Source: an uncultured Clostridia bacterium (lineage in GTDB: Bacteria > Bacillota > Clostridia > Oscillospirales > Acutalibacteraceae). From it: a stretch of DNA of 64,000 bases. The stretch lies in contig CANQBM010000008.1 of assembly GCA_947589575.1 (NCBI GenBank), positions 918 through 64,917 on the forward strand. Reading direction: 5' to 3'. Below, one piece after another: positions 31,840-41,854 of the stretch (the first letter of the stretch is position 1; each line of letters starts with the position of its first letter). The notes below the pieces were generated by a model that was not told the DNA's origin, searched no databases, and was given only the letters and a program-made list of their open reading frames with translations. The position numbers were made by a program, and so were the translations under genes.

Positions 31840-33801
31840 CTATTTTTCCAGCTCGGCGATTTGATCACGCAGGAACGCGGCGTGTTCAAATTCAAGCATA
31901 CGAGCCGCCTCCTTCATTTCCTTAGTAAGCTGATTAATAAGAAGCTGTTTTTCTCTCTTATTAAGATGCTTACGCTTGTCCTCAAGCTTTTCCTTAGATG
32001 TAATCTCAATAATCTGACGGACGTCCTTTTTAATTGTCCGGGGAACAATGCCGTTCTCCTTATTGTATTTCTCCTGAATTTCTCTTCTTCTTACGGTTTC
32101 GGTAATCGCACGCTCCATTGACGGTGTAACACTGTCCGCGTACATAATTACCTCGCCGTTTTCGTTTCTCGCGGCACGCCCTATAGTCTGAACAAGAGAG
32201 GTCTCCGAACGCAGAAATCCCTCCTTGTCGGCATCTAATATCGCAACAAGAGATACCTCGGGAATATCAAGTCCCTCACGCAGAAGATTGATGCCTACAA
32301 GAACATCAAACTCACCAAGGCGCAAGTCACGTATAATTTCCATACGCTCAATCGTATCAATATCGTGGTGCATATAGCGCACCTTAACATCAAAACCCTC
32401 AAGATACTTTGTCAAATCCTCTGCCATTGCCTTTGTAAGCGTCGTTACAAGCACTCTTTCTTTACGCTGGGCGCGAATATTAATTTCGGACAGCAAATCG
32501 TCCATCTGGTCCTCAGTCGGCTTTACGGTAATAACAGGGTCAAGAAGCCCCGTAGGTCTTATAACCTGTTCAACAATCCGAGCGCTCCTTTCTCTTTCAA
32601 ATTGACCCGGAGTAGCGGATGTAAATACGACCTGATTAATCTTGCCGTAAAATTCATCAAACTGCAATGGGCGGTTGTCAAGCGCGCTTGGCAGTCTGAA
32701 ACCATACTCAACAAGGCTTTCCTTTCGCGCCCTGTCGCCTGCATACATTCCTCTTACCTGAGGCAGCATAACATGGCTTTCGTCACAGAAAAGGAGAAAA
32801 TCATCAGGGAAATAATCAATCAGTGTAAAGGGCGCCTCTCCCGGTTTTCTTCCGCTCATAACGGCTGAATAGTTTTCAATACCCTTGCAGAACCCTGTCT
32901 CTCTGAGCATTTCAATGTCATTCATCGTGCGTTCCTTGATACGCTGTGCTTCAAGAAGCTTGCCCTTTTCCTCAAAATAAGCTACTCTTTCAACCATCTC
33001 GTTATATATTTTATCAATGGCAGTATTCATTTTTTCAGCGCCTACCACATAGTGCGACGCGGGATAGAGACATACGTGCGAGAGAATACCCTCAACCTTA
33101 CCTGTCAGAGGCTGTATTTCGCAAATTCTGTCAATCTCATCACCGAAAAATTCAATTCTTACCGCATTGCCCGAAGAACCCGCGGGGAACACCTCAAGTG
33201 TATCCCCTCTTACTCTGAATTTATTTCGGACAAAATTTATATCATTACGCTCATATTGAATTGAAACGAGCTTTTCAATAAGTTCGTCCCTGCCGTATTC
33301 CATACCTGTTCTCAGAGAGATGACCATACTTTGATAATCAATGGGGTCGCCTATAGAATAGATGCAGGATACAGATGCAACAATGATAACGTCACGCCTT
33401 TCAAAAAGCGCGGCAGTTGCCGAATGGCGGAGTTTGTCTATCTCCTCATTAATGGCGGAATCCTTTTCAATATAAGTATCCGTTGTCGGAACATATGCCT
33501 CCGGCTGATAATAATCGTAATAGGATACAAAGTATTCAACAGCATTTTCGGGGAAAAATTCCTTAAATTCACTGCAAAGCTGAGCAGCGAGAGTTTTATT
33601 ATGCGCAAGGACAAGTGTAGGTCTGTTGATTTTTTCAATAATATTAGCCATCGTAAATGTTTTGCCTGAACCGGTAACGCCCATAAGCGTCTGTTCCCTG
33701 TCACCGTTTAGAATACCGCTTACAAGAGCGTCAATGGCTTGCGGCTGATCGCCTGTAGGCTTATATTTACTAACAAGCTTAAACTTATCCATACTATGCA
33801 C
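31840..33801 (-). CDS. uvrB: Excinuclease ABC subunit B
   Basis: [44 protein letters not shown]-terminal UVR domain. Confidence 0.98.
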   Translation of the reverse strand: MHSMDKFKLVSKYKPTGDQPQAIDALVSGILNGDREQTLMGVTGSGKTFTMANIIEKINRPTLVLAHNKTLAAQLCSEFKEFFPENAVEYFVSYYDYYQPEAYVPTTDTYIEKDSAINEEIDKLRHSATAALFERRDVIIVASVSCIYSIGDPIDYQSMVISLRTGMEYGRDELIEKLVSIQYERNDINFVRNKFRVRGDTLEVFPAGSSGNAVRIEFFGDEIDRICEIQPLTGKVEGILSHVCLYPASHYVVGAEKMNTAIDKIYNEMVERVAYFEEKGKLLEAQRIKERTMNDIEMLRETGFCKGIENYSAVMSGRKPGEAPFTLIDYFPDDFLLFCDESHVMLPQVRGMYAGDRARKESLVEYGFRLPSALDNRPLQFDEFYGKINQVVFTSATPGQFERERSARIVEQVIRPTGLLDPVITVKPTEDQMDDLLSEINIRAQRKERVLVTTLTKAMAEDLTKYLEGFDVKVRYMHHDIDTIERMEIIRDLRLGEFDVLVGINLLREGLDIPEVSLVAILDADKEGFLRSETSLVQTIGRAARNENGEVIMYADSVTPSMERAITETVRRREIQEKYNKENGIVPRTIKKDVRQIIEITSKEKLEDKRKHLNKREKQLLINQLTKEMKEAARMLEFEHAAFLRDQIAELEK

Positions 33802-33907
33802 CTAACTCTTTTTTAAACAATTTTTCGCATATAGTCTATTATATTATAAACAGTTATAAAAGTAAAGATGTGTATTCAAATGTTAACAAAGAATGAAGAA
33901 ACATAAC

Positions 33908-33946
33908 AAAAAAATTCTCCCTTATCATCCTTTGGGAGAATTTTTT
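33908..33946 (-). terminator. Terminator after FN3-CHAP gene
   Basis: AAAAAATTCTCCC...GGGAGAATTTTTT. Confidence 0.8.
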
Positions 33947-33994
33947 AATTTATTTACATAATATAAGAGATTTTATGTAATATATAATATGCTT

Positions 33995-36148
33995 TTAATT
34001 ATGACCGTAATCGGGTGTTACATATCCGTAAATATAAATATTGCTGTGCGAATAATTTCTCCTTTTTACTACATCATCACAGTTACCCTCTATTGTATAT
34101 ACAATGCCGTCTTCGTATTTTTCAACAAGACCTATATGGTAAGGCGTTGTCTCACCTCGAAGAGCATAATAAATAAAATCTCCTGTTTTAGGAATATAAT
34201 CCGGATCTTTAAACAGACCTTTTGACTTGAAATAGTTGACTGATTTTTTCGGCGATTGATAAAGCGGAATCCTTCCGGACTGGTAATAACCGAGTTCATT
34301 TGCACACCATGTAATGAAAAGGTTGCACCACGGCACACGCTTTTTATAACCTGCCCATGTCCAAAATTTTTTGCCGCCCGAATAACCCAGCTGACTTTCG
34401 GCTACACGTACCATATCGTTCTTTTTCGGCGGAGAAGAAATTGACCTTGCGCTTTTACCTTTTGTATCATAAGCGCTTGTATTTTTGCTTTCAGTGATGT
34501 TCACGCACCGAACGGTATAAGTATAACTTTTTCCCTTTATTGCCTGTATATCAGTAAAATTATTGTATGCAGTAACACCTATGGACGTCCATTTTCCCTT
34601 TCCTGATTTGCGAAGCACCTTATATTTTTCAGCGCCCTTTACACTTCCCCATTTAAGTTTGATACCTGTGGAAGTTGCCGATATTGAAGAAATTTTCGGA
34701 GTGGAAATAAAAGTGATTTTCTTTCCTGTGGTATTGTAACCGCTGGCATACACCTTTCCGTCTGCGGTTACACAGCGGACTGTGTATATATATTGGTATC
34801 CGCTGTTTGCTATTGTGTCTGTGAAACTTGTAGAGACGGTGGTTGTAAGAGCGGTCCAACCGCCTTTTGCTGTTTTGCGGTATACCCTGTACTTTTCAGC
34901 TTTTTTAACGCTCCCCCATTTAATGATGACTCCTTGATCGGTTGAGGATACTGACGAGATTTTAGGAACAGAAAGAGCAGTAAAACTCATACCAGCAGGA
35001 TCATAACCGCTTATGTAGAAGTTTGAACTGTTTACACAGCGAACAGTATAAGTGTATTGCGTTGCCTTCGCAGCGCTCCTGTCAATAAAGCTTGTGGAAG
35101 AGGCAGTACCTATAACAGTCCAGCCGTTTTTTCCTGTTTTACGCAATACTTTATATTTTTCAGCGCCTTTTACTTTATTCCATTTTATTTCGCTGCCTGA
35201 ATTTTTAGCATTGATTGATGTAATTTTAGGAAGCGCGCATGACACTATACTCTTTTTTGTGTTATATGCGCTTGTCAGATTCTTGCCGTCGGCGCTTAAG
35301 CATCTTACGGCAAAAGTGTATTTAACGCCGGTTTTTACCTCTTTCCAAGTGCAGCTTGCAGATGTAGTATCATATATTTTTTTCCAGTTTCCGTTTTCTG
35401 TTTTGCAGAATACTCTGTATTTTTCGGCGCCTTTAACCTTATTCCATTTAATTACCGCTCCCGCGTTGTTAATATATACTGATGAAATCGAAGGCGGGGA
35501 AAGAAAAGTAATTTTATTACCGGCTGCTTTGTAACCGCTTGTATAACTGTTTGATTTGCTTATGCAGCGAACCGTGTAAGTGTAATTCGTTGCGTTTTTG
35601 GCTGTTTTGTCTGTAAAACTTGTTGACGCGGTCGAACCTATAATGGTCCATCCTTTATTACCTGTTTTACGTAATACTCTGTATTTTTCAGCTCCTTTAA
35701 CCTTGCCCCAACTGAGTTTAACACCGGCTTTTACATTGGTTATTTGCGAAACTTTAGGAACGGTGAGGACAGTTATGCTCTTGCCGTTTTTGTTGTAACC
35801 GCTGATATATTTCTTACCGTTACCGCTTACACACCTTACGGTAAAGGTGTATTTTTTTCCTGTTTTCGCTTTAGTCCAAGTGTAACTTGTTGATTTAGTA
35901 TCGGTTATTTTTTTCCACTTTCCGTTACCCGTTTTATAATAAATCCTGTATTTTGACGCTCCGTTTACCTTTTTCCATTTAACGACTGTTCCGTCGTTAT
36001 TAACGTGAACCGATGTAAGCACAGGCGTTGAAAGAGAGTTATTTCTTTTATTTGCCGAATTGTAATCCGACGCGAATGACGAAAATGACGGAATTATACA
36101 CAGCGCAATTATCACGGAAATCAAAATACCGATAAACCCTTTTTTCAT
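33995..36148 (-). CDS. Secreted cell-wall hydrolase: six FN3-like repeats plus CHAP domain
   Basis: Signal peptide; six repeats of about 88 aa (W..V.GA.KY...RK....W...Y.Y.VRC); C-terminal PWCNLFITWC...HIGLVE...TIEGN (Cys/His CHAP). Confidence 0.85.
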   Translation of the reverse strand: MKKGFIGILISVIIALCIIPSFSSFASDYNSANKRNNSLSTPVLTSVHVNNDGTVVKWKKVNGASKYRIYYKTGNGKWKKITDTKSTSYTWTKAKTGKKYTFTVRCVSGNGKKYISGYNKNGKSITVLTVPKVSQITNVKAGVKLSWGKVKGAEKYRVLRKTGNKGWTIIGSTASTSFTDKTAKNATNYTYTVRCISKSNSYTSGYKAAGNKITFLSPPSISSVYINNAGAVIKWNKVKGAEKYRVFCKTENGNWKKIYDTTSASCTWKEVKTGVKYTFAVRCLSADGKNLTSAYNTKKSIVSCALPKITSINAKNSGSEIKWNKVKGAEKYKVLRKTGKNGWTVIGTASSTSFIDRSAAKATQYTYTVRCVNSSNFYISGYDPAGMSFTALSVPKISSVSSTDQGVIIKWGSVKKAEKYRVYRKTAKGGWTALTTTVSTSFTDTIANSGYQYIYTVRCVTADGKVYASGYNTTGKKITFISTPKISSISATSTGIKLKWGSVKGAEKYKVLRKSGKGKWTSIGVTAYNNFTDIQAIKGKSYTYTVRCVNITESKNTSAYDTKGKSARSISSPPKKNDMVRVAESQLGYSGGKKFWTWAGYKKRVPWCNLFITWCANELGYYQSGRIPLYQSPKKSVNYFKSKGLFKDPDYIPKTGDFIYYALRGETTPYHIGLVEKYEDGIVYTIEGNCDDVVKRRNYSHSNIYIYGYVTPDYGHN

Positions 36149-36344
36149 AATTTTTCAACTCCTCTTTATTGATATTAAGCATATTATGCCATCACGTTCA
36201 ACGGTTAAATTAACATTATACAATGCATATAATTTTATCATCATAAAAATCATTTTGTCAATAATTTTTAAATATTGCAATAATTATACAAATTTTCATA
36301 AAAAAACCATTATTATATAATGTTATTATTAATATAAAATAAAA

Positions 36345-36397
36345 TTAAAACCTTGAAATCCTAATATATAATACATACACGGATTCCAAGGTTTTAA
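36345..36397 (-). terminator. Long-loop hairpin terminator of the tRNA operon
   Basis: 17-bp arms with one G-U pair on the minus strand, 19-nt loop, then T-rich run. Confidence 0.65.
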
Positions 36398-36398
36398 A

Positions 36399-36474
36399 TG
36401 GTGACCCATCGGGGAGTCGAACCCCGGACACCTTGATTAAAAGTCAAGTGCTCTGCCATCTGAGCTAATGGATC
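36399..36474 (-). tRNA. tRNA-Lys(TTT)
   Basis: Cloverleaf; anticodon arm CTTGA-CT TTT AA-TCAAG; encoded CCA. Confidence 0.96.
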
Positions 36475-36499
36475 ATATCACCCCGTATAATCGAGGTGC

Positions 36500-36574
36500 T
36501 GGCTGGGGAGGCGGGATTCGAACCCACGCATGACGGAGTCAAAGTCCGTTGCCTTACCGCTTGGCTACACCCCA
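36500..36574 (-). tRNA. tRNA-Gln(TTG)
   Basis: ACGGA-CT TTG AC-TCCGT; encoded CCA. Confidence 0.96.
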
Positions 36575-36650
36575 ATATTTTGGGATAAAAAAGACTCTGA
36601 TTCAATCATAACAAACCAGAACCTGCGCTCAACATATCTATGAACATAAG

Positions 36651-36727
36651 TGGGGTGGGATATCGGATTCGAACCGATGACCTCCAGTGCCACAAACTGG
36701 CGCTCTAACCAACTGAACTAATCCCAC
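36651..36727 (-). tRNA. tRNA-His(GTG)
   Basis: CCAGT-TT GTG GC-ACTGG; G-1 at 36728; encoded CCA. Confidence 0.96.
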
Positions 36728-36771
36728 CATATATATAAAAGCACCGGAGTGCTGTTATTCTGTTTTTCTTA

Positions 36772-36848
36772 TGGCGCGCTGAGAGGGACTCGAACCCCCG
36801 ACCTACTGCTTAGAAGGCAGTTGCTCTATCCAGCTGAGCTATCAGCGC
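36772..36848 (-). tRNA. tRNA-Arg(TCT)
   Basis: ACTGC-CT TCT AA-GCAGT; encoded CCA. Confidence 0.96.
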
Positions 36849-36852
36849 AAAA

Positions 36853-36926
36853 TGGAGCGGGTGATGGGAATCGAACCCACACAACCAGCTTGGAAGGCTG
36901 GGATTCTACCATTGAACTACACCCGC
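36853..36926 (-). tRNA. tRNA-Gly(TCC)
   Basis: CCAGC-CT TCC AA-GCTGG; encoded CCA. Confidence 0.96.
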
Positions 36927-36940
36927 ATACAACGGTCATT

Positions 36941-36969
36941 ATTATACATAATGACCGCCGAAGTGTCAA
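36941..36969 (-). promoter_or_regulatory. Consensus sigma-A promoter of the tRNA operon
   Basis: TTGACA (36964-36969)-17 nt-TATAAT (36941-36946). Confidence 0.9.
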
Positions 36970-36984
36970 GTATTTTTTTAAAAA

Positions 36985-39294
36985 TTAGTTTATTTTTATG
37001 TTAATTTTATCCTGAGCCGACAAAGTAAACGTCTTAATTTCCTCATTTTGATTGAAAACAATCGCGTTTGCAAGCTTTTCCTCTACCTGCCGTCTTACTG
37101 CGTCGCGAAGTCCGCGTGCATTTTTCTTTGAGCCGTATGCCTCTTTTGCGAGAAATACAGGTACCGAATCATCATATACAAGATTGATTGATTTGTCCTT
37201 AAGGCTTTCAACAAGCTCGTCAAGCATAAGACGCGCGATTTTTTCAAAGTCGTCATGAGAAAGTTCATTGAACACAATAATTTCATCAACTCTGCCGAGA
37301 AACTCTGGTCTGAGGAATCTTTCAAGAGCCTTCATTGTAACCTCTGTATTAATATCCCCCGACGACTTATTAAAACCAAGCGAGGCTGAATCTGTCGAGC
37401 CTGCGTTTGAGGTCATAATAATAACAGTATTTTCAAAGTTTACATTTCTGCCCTGAGCGTCTGTAATTCTGCCCTCATCAAGTATCTGAAGAAGAATATT
37501 CAAAACGTCCTTGTGCGCCTTTTCAATCTCGTCAAAAAGTATAACGCTGTACGGCTTTCTTCTAACCTTTTCGGTAAGCTGTCCCGCATCGTCATAGCCG
37601 ACGTATCCCGGAGGAGAGCCGATAATTCTTGACACACTGAACTTTTCCATAAACTCTGACATATCAAGCCGTATTAAATTATCAGGACTGTCAAACAGCG
37701 CGTCTGCAAGACGTTTAACAAGCTCCGTCTTTCCGACGCCTGTAGGTCCCACAAATATAAAAGACTGAGGCCTTTTCTTTGGACTGATTTGGACTCTTCC
37801 GCGTCTTACGGCATTAGCTACTTTTTCAATAGCGTTGTCCTGACCTATAATATGCGACTTAAGCTCGTTTTCAAGCGAAGCAAGTTTTTTAATATCGTTC
37901 TGTTCAATTTTAGAAGCGGGTATTCCGGTCCAAAGTGAAATAACCTTTGCTAAATCAGCCTCAACCACTTGATTGTCCTTTGCCTTTTCCTCAAGATCGG
38001 AAAGAGTTGAGTCAATCTGCATAACCTCGCTTTTAAATTTAGTTATGAGCTCGTAGTCAATCGTTTCATTTTCCTCAGGCGAAGAGAGCCTTTCAATATT
38101 TTCCTCAAGTAGTTTTTTTCTGTCAAGAGACATCTGATACTGACTGATTGCCGGATTTCGGAGATTTGCGCAGGTACAGCTTTCATCAAGCAAGTCAATC
38201 GCCTTATCCGGAAGGTAGCGGTCTGTTACAAAACGCTCTGACATTGTAACCGCGCGGTAAACAAGCGAATCCGAAATACAAACCTTATGGTAATCCTCAT
38301 AATAACTCTTTATGCCGAGTAACATTTTGTAAGCTTCGTCAATGGAGGGCTCTTCAATTTTTATAGGCTGAAAACGTCTTTCAAGCGCCGCATCTTTTTC
38401 AATATACTTACGGTACTCATTAAAGGTTGTTGCGCCTATAACCTGAATTTCACCGCGTGACAGAGCGGGCTTAAGAATATTTGCGGCATTCATTGTGCCT
38501 TCGGAGTCGCCTGTACCCACAAGGTTATGCACCTCGTCAATAAACAAAATTATATTTCCCTCATGCTTAACCTCGTCGACAAGACCTTTAATTCTGCCCT
38601 CAAACTGACCACGAAACTGAGTGCCCGCAACAAGCGCTGTCAAATCAAGCAGATATATTTCCTTGTCGGCAAGGCGCGCGGGTACCTGCCCCTTAGCAAT
38701 ACGAATGGCAAGGCCTTCTGCTATAGCCGTTTTGCCCACACCCGGTTCACCTATGAGGCAAGGATTGTTTTTTGTACGCCTGCAAAGTATCTGAATAGCT
38801 CGTGAAATTTCGCTTTCCCTGCCGATTATATTATCAATTTTCCCCTGTTTTGCGCGGTCGGTAAGATTATTACAGTATGTGTTTAAAAATTTTCTTGCCT
38901 CGTCCTGCGAATTCTTTTTGCCCTTTTTTGAACGTCTTTTGCCGCTGCCTTTTGTATCAGCGCTGCCGTTTTGTTCTGTCAGCTCACCGCCGAATAAATC
39001 GGCAAACGGCATTGTCTGAGCACCGTCCATATTTTCAGGATTAAACATATCACCGAGACTGCCGAAATCAAAATCGCCCATATTTTCCATAAAAGTCGCC
39101 ATCTGCTCGGACGCCATTTCAAGTTCGTCATCCGAAATACCCATTTTGTCAATCATCTGATTTATTGAGCCGATATTAAGCTCTCTGGCGCATTTTATGC
39201 AAAGACCTTCCGGAACAGTCTTTTCCCCCTCCATTTTCTGTATGAAAACTACTGCCGGTCTTTCACCGCAGCGTGAACAAATTTGTCTTTTCAT
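36985..39294 (-). CDS. Clp/Hsp100 class I ATPase with N-terminal zinc finger (ClpE/ClpC-like)
   Basis: Two AAA+ modules (GEPGVGKT, GPTGVGKT; IDEVH, LFDEIEKAH); N-terminal CSRC...CIKC; no Clp-N repeat recognised. Confidence 0.9.
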   Translation of the reverse strand: MKRQICSRCGERPAVVFIQKMEGEKTVPEGLCIKCARELNIGSINQMIDKMGISDDELEMASEQMATFMENMGDFDFGSLGDMFNPENMDGAQTMPFADLFGGELTEQNGSADTKGSGKRRSKKGKKNSQDEARKFLNTYCNNLTDRAKQGKIDNIIGRESEISRAIQILCRRTKNNPCLIGEPGVGKTAIAEGLAIRIAKGQVPARLADKEIYLLDLTALVAGTQFRGQFEGRIKGLVDEVKHEGNIILFIDEVHNLVGTGDSEGTMNAANILKPALSRGEIQVIGATTFNEYRKYIEKDAALERRFQPIKIEEPSIDEAYKMLLGIKSYYEDYHKVCISDSLVYRAVTMSERFVTDRYLPDKAIDLLDESCTCANLRNPAISQYQMSLDRKKLLEENIERLSSPEENETIDYELITKFKSEVMQIDSTLSDLEEKAKDNQVVEADLAKVISLWTGIPASKIEQNDIKKLASLENELKSHIIGQDNAIEKVANAVRRGRVQISPKKRPQSFIFVGPTGVGKTELVKRLADALFDSPDNLIRLDMSEFMEKFSVSRIIGSPPGYVGYDDAGQLTEKVRRKPYSVILFDEIEKAHKDVLNILLQILDEGRITDAQGRNVNFENTVIIMTSNAGSTDSASLGFNKSSGDINTEVTMKALERFLRPEFLGRVDEIIVFNELSHDDFEKIARLMLDELVESLKDKSINLVYDDSVPVFLAKEAYGSKKNARGLRDAVRRQVEEKLANAIVFNQNEEIKTFTLSAQDKINIKIN

Positions 39295-39354
39295 TTAACC
39301 TCTCCTTGTATTACAAGTCTGTAATAACCAACATCTATATTATTAGCGCCACTT

Positions 39355-39963
39355 TCACTTTCTCTCTTTAAGCTGGCGGATAAATCCGGGAGCATATCCG
39401 AGAAGTGAAATAAGCGTGCATATTGCTGAAATTATAACTAAAATCCATGTGACAACGTCGGGAAGGGTAAATCCCGTAATATCACACAGCGCGCCGTTTT
39501 TGCCGAATGCAAGAATAAAAATCATACCGATATAAAACACATTTGTCGCAACCTTGCCCCAAATTTCGGCAGCGGTGGGTCGCATACCGAGCGAAAGCAG
39601 AACAGCGCCTCCGACTATCATAATAAGCTCTTTTAAAATAAAAAACATAAAGAGATATTTGATTGCATTATCCCAGTATGTAACAATAAGGACAACTACA
39701 ATCGCCATTTGAGAAAGCTTGTCGGCAATGGGGTCAAGTATTTTTCCAAGATTAGATACCTGATTGAATTTCCTTGCAATCTTTCCGTCAAACAAATCGG
39801 TAAGCGCGGCGCAAATCATTATAATAACCGCGGTTAAAATATGTCCCTTTAAAAACAGCACAACGAATACCGGAATAAGCGCAATTCTTATAAACGAAAG
39901 CCAGTTAGGAATAGTATTCCAGCCCTCAAAAAGTTCACTTATATTTTTCTTGAAATCACTCAT
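39355..39963 (-). CDS. pgsA: CDP-alcohol phosphatidyltransferase (PgsA-like)
   Basis: PNWLSFIR, TDLFDGKIARKFNQVSNLGKILDPIADK. Confidence 0.85.
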   Translation of the reverse strand: MSDFKKNISELFEGWNTIPNWLSFIRIALIPVFVVLFLKGHILTAVIIMICAALTDLFDGKIARKFNQVSNLGKILDPIADKLSQMAIVVVLIVTYWDNAIKYLFMFFILKELIMIVGGAVLLSLGMRPTAAEIWGKVATNVFYIGMIFILAFGKNGALCDITGFTLPDVVTWILVIISAICTLISLLGYAPGFIRQLKERK

Positions 39964-39974
39964 ATTTGTACCTC

Positions 39975-40649
39975 CTATAACTGTTTTATAAACGGATTAT
40001 TTGCATTTATAAAATCAACAGCATAACTGCTGTCAGCCAGCTTTACAAATGAATTGTCCTTTGGAAGAATGCCGCAAATATAACCTATAATTGTTGAAAC
40101 GGTGAATATTAAAACAAGCGCCTTTAACAAACCGAATACTCCTCCTAAAAAAGCGTTTGCGCGCCTGAGAGGCATATGTTCCTTTTTCCGTAGTTTTTTT
40201 ACAAGGTGAATAATAATACCCGCAGCAATATAAAACAGGACAAAAGTTATTATAAACAAAATTATTTTTATTACTATAAGCGCAACAGGTTCAACAACTG
40301 AATTGGTTACCTCTTTACTTATTTCTTCAAGTGAAAGGTCCTTAAAAGAGGACGTATCAATCCCGCGGGAAAAAATATCAGGCAGAGAACCTGTAAAATC
40401 ATTAACGGCTTTAATTATACCGTTAACCGATTGAGAACGGCTGATTTGTTCCAAAACCTGATTATATACGGTTTCTTTCAAAAAATTATCATAAACAGAA
40501 ATATAATATCTATCACTTACAAAAAACGCAAGAGGCACGCCGAAGAAAAACCTCAGCATACTTAACAACGAAACAAGCAGTCCCCTTTGCACGCCTGTAA
40601 TTACAATCAAGGCGGTTATAATTATAAAAGCCAAATCCAAATAATTCAA
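39975..40649 (-). CDS. CvpA family membrane protein
   Basis: MNYLDLAF..TGVQRGLL; NAFLGGVFGLLKA. Confidence 0.75.
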   Translation of the reverse strand: MNYLDLAFIIITALIVITGVQRGLLVSLLSMLRFFFGVPLAFFVSDRYYISVYDNFLKETVYNQVLEQISRSQSVNGIIKAVNDFTGSLPDIFSRGIDTSSFKDLSLEEISKEVTNSVVEPVALIVIKIILFIITFVLFYIAAGIIIHLVKKLRKKEHMPLRRANAFLGGVFGLLKALVLIFTVSTIIGYICGILPKDNSFVKLADSSYAVDFINANNPFIKQL

Positions 40650-41854
40650 TTTGTTTCCGCCCCGCTTCTGTCAATAAATGACTGTTTGTGAATAAAAATT
40701 TCAGAACCCATACGGCAAATAGACTTGACGGAATCATCAGCGGATATTCTGCTCTTTTCTTCCGAATTTGAAAGATTAAAGCTGATTATCTCACTGTTTG
40801 TCAGAACAGTTACAAGACTTGACGACGCGGTTGCTGATTTAATATTTCCCTTAACTTTGATTTCGCTCTTTACTTTTCCGCTTGATTTTATATATGATAC
40901 AACATTATCTGTTGAATTGCTGTACGAATTGTAAACTAAAATTAAATCGCCGGCAGGAGTATAACTGATGCACCGTGTGCTTATCGCATTTTCTGCATAA
41001 ATTTCTTCATATTTCCCGCTTTTTTTGACAATGCCTGCATAGCTGTCACCGACAACAAGAACATTGCTTGAGGTAAAGCTCATATCAATTACAGAGCCGT
41101 GCGGCAGTTGCGCAGCTTTAGGCTTTGCTCCCGCGTTTGATACATCATACAGATAAACAGTTGTTTTTAAATCTGCGTTTTCGCCTTTCAGAACAGCGGC
41201 GGCCAGCCTCTTTCCGTTATCGCTTAGTGCCATTGAAACAATATATCCGTCAGAGGTACTAAGCTCAAACGTCTTTTCAAGCGATTTTGAATAAACGGTA
41301 ATATCACATACCTTTTCGCTTGATGTAGTGGCAACAGCAACTGTGCCGTTTTTGGAAACGTCCGCGCATAAAATAGTATTCTCAGTTTCCTGTTCATATA
41401 CGGCGGAGCTGACAGTATCAAGTCTGTAATTTTTATCACCCTGGTCGTATATCAGCGAATAAATACCTGCTGTTTCAAGGATAGGATTTGAATATCCGTG
41501 TTCAAATACATACTCTGCGTCAGCGTCCTTGCTGTTAAGAACAGTATAACTGCTCGGTGTTATAATGCCCAGTTTGTTATTAATATTTACTATTGATACA
41601 TTTTGTGAAGCGTCAAGATTATACGGGAAATTATCATCTGCAACCCCCTGAGTTAAGGTAAATTTTCCTTTCTCGTCCGTAAAACGATCCTTTACGGAAT
41701 TAATATTAATTTCGCAGATCTTCATTATAATAAGAATAATTACAATAACAGCAATAATTATCCATAATATTCTTTTATGCCTTCTGTCCTTTTGAGCACG
41801 CCTTTCACGGCGTTCCATTTCACGTTGATTGCCAGCCATAGCGCCACCTGTCAA
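40646..41854 (-). CDS. DUF5711-like membrane-anchored beta-propeller protein
   Basis: Basic N-terminus, one TM segment, repeated beta motifs; typical neighbour of CvpA in Clostridia. Confidence 0.6.
   Translation of the reverse strand: MTGGAMAGNQREMERRERRAQKDRRHKRILWIIIAVIVIILIIMKICEININSVKDRFTDEKGKFTLTQGVADDNFPYNLDASQNVSIVNINNKLGIITPSSYTVLNSKDADAEYVFEHGYSNPILETAGIYSLIYDQGDKNYRLDTVSSAVYEQETENTILCADVSKNGTVAVATTSSEKVCDITVYSKSLEKTFELSTSDGYIVSMALSDNGKRLAAAVLKGENADLKTTVYLYDVSNAGAKPKAAQLPHGSVIDMSFTSSNVLVVGDSYAGIVKKSGKYEEIYAENAISTRCISYTPAGDLILVYNSYSNSTDNVVSYIKSSGKVKSEIKVKGNIKSATASSSLVTVLTNSEIISFNLSNSEEKSRISADDSVKSICRMGSEIFIHKQSFIDRSGAETN

Noticed and set aside
33874-33885. Possible LexA (GAAC-N4-GTTC) box upstream of uvrB; also GAACAGTT upstream of ruvC
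   Set aside because: ATTC-AAAT-GTTA matches only 4 of 8 informative bases; the ruvC site lacks the spacing.
36149-36344. Riboswitch in the FN3-CHAP leader (for example c-di-AMP)
   Set aside because: Very AT-rich, with no conserved aptamer motifs or stable stems seen.
36749-36988. 79-aa plus-strand ORF
   Set aside because: Antisense to tRNA-Arg, tRNA-Gly and their promoter.
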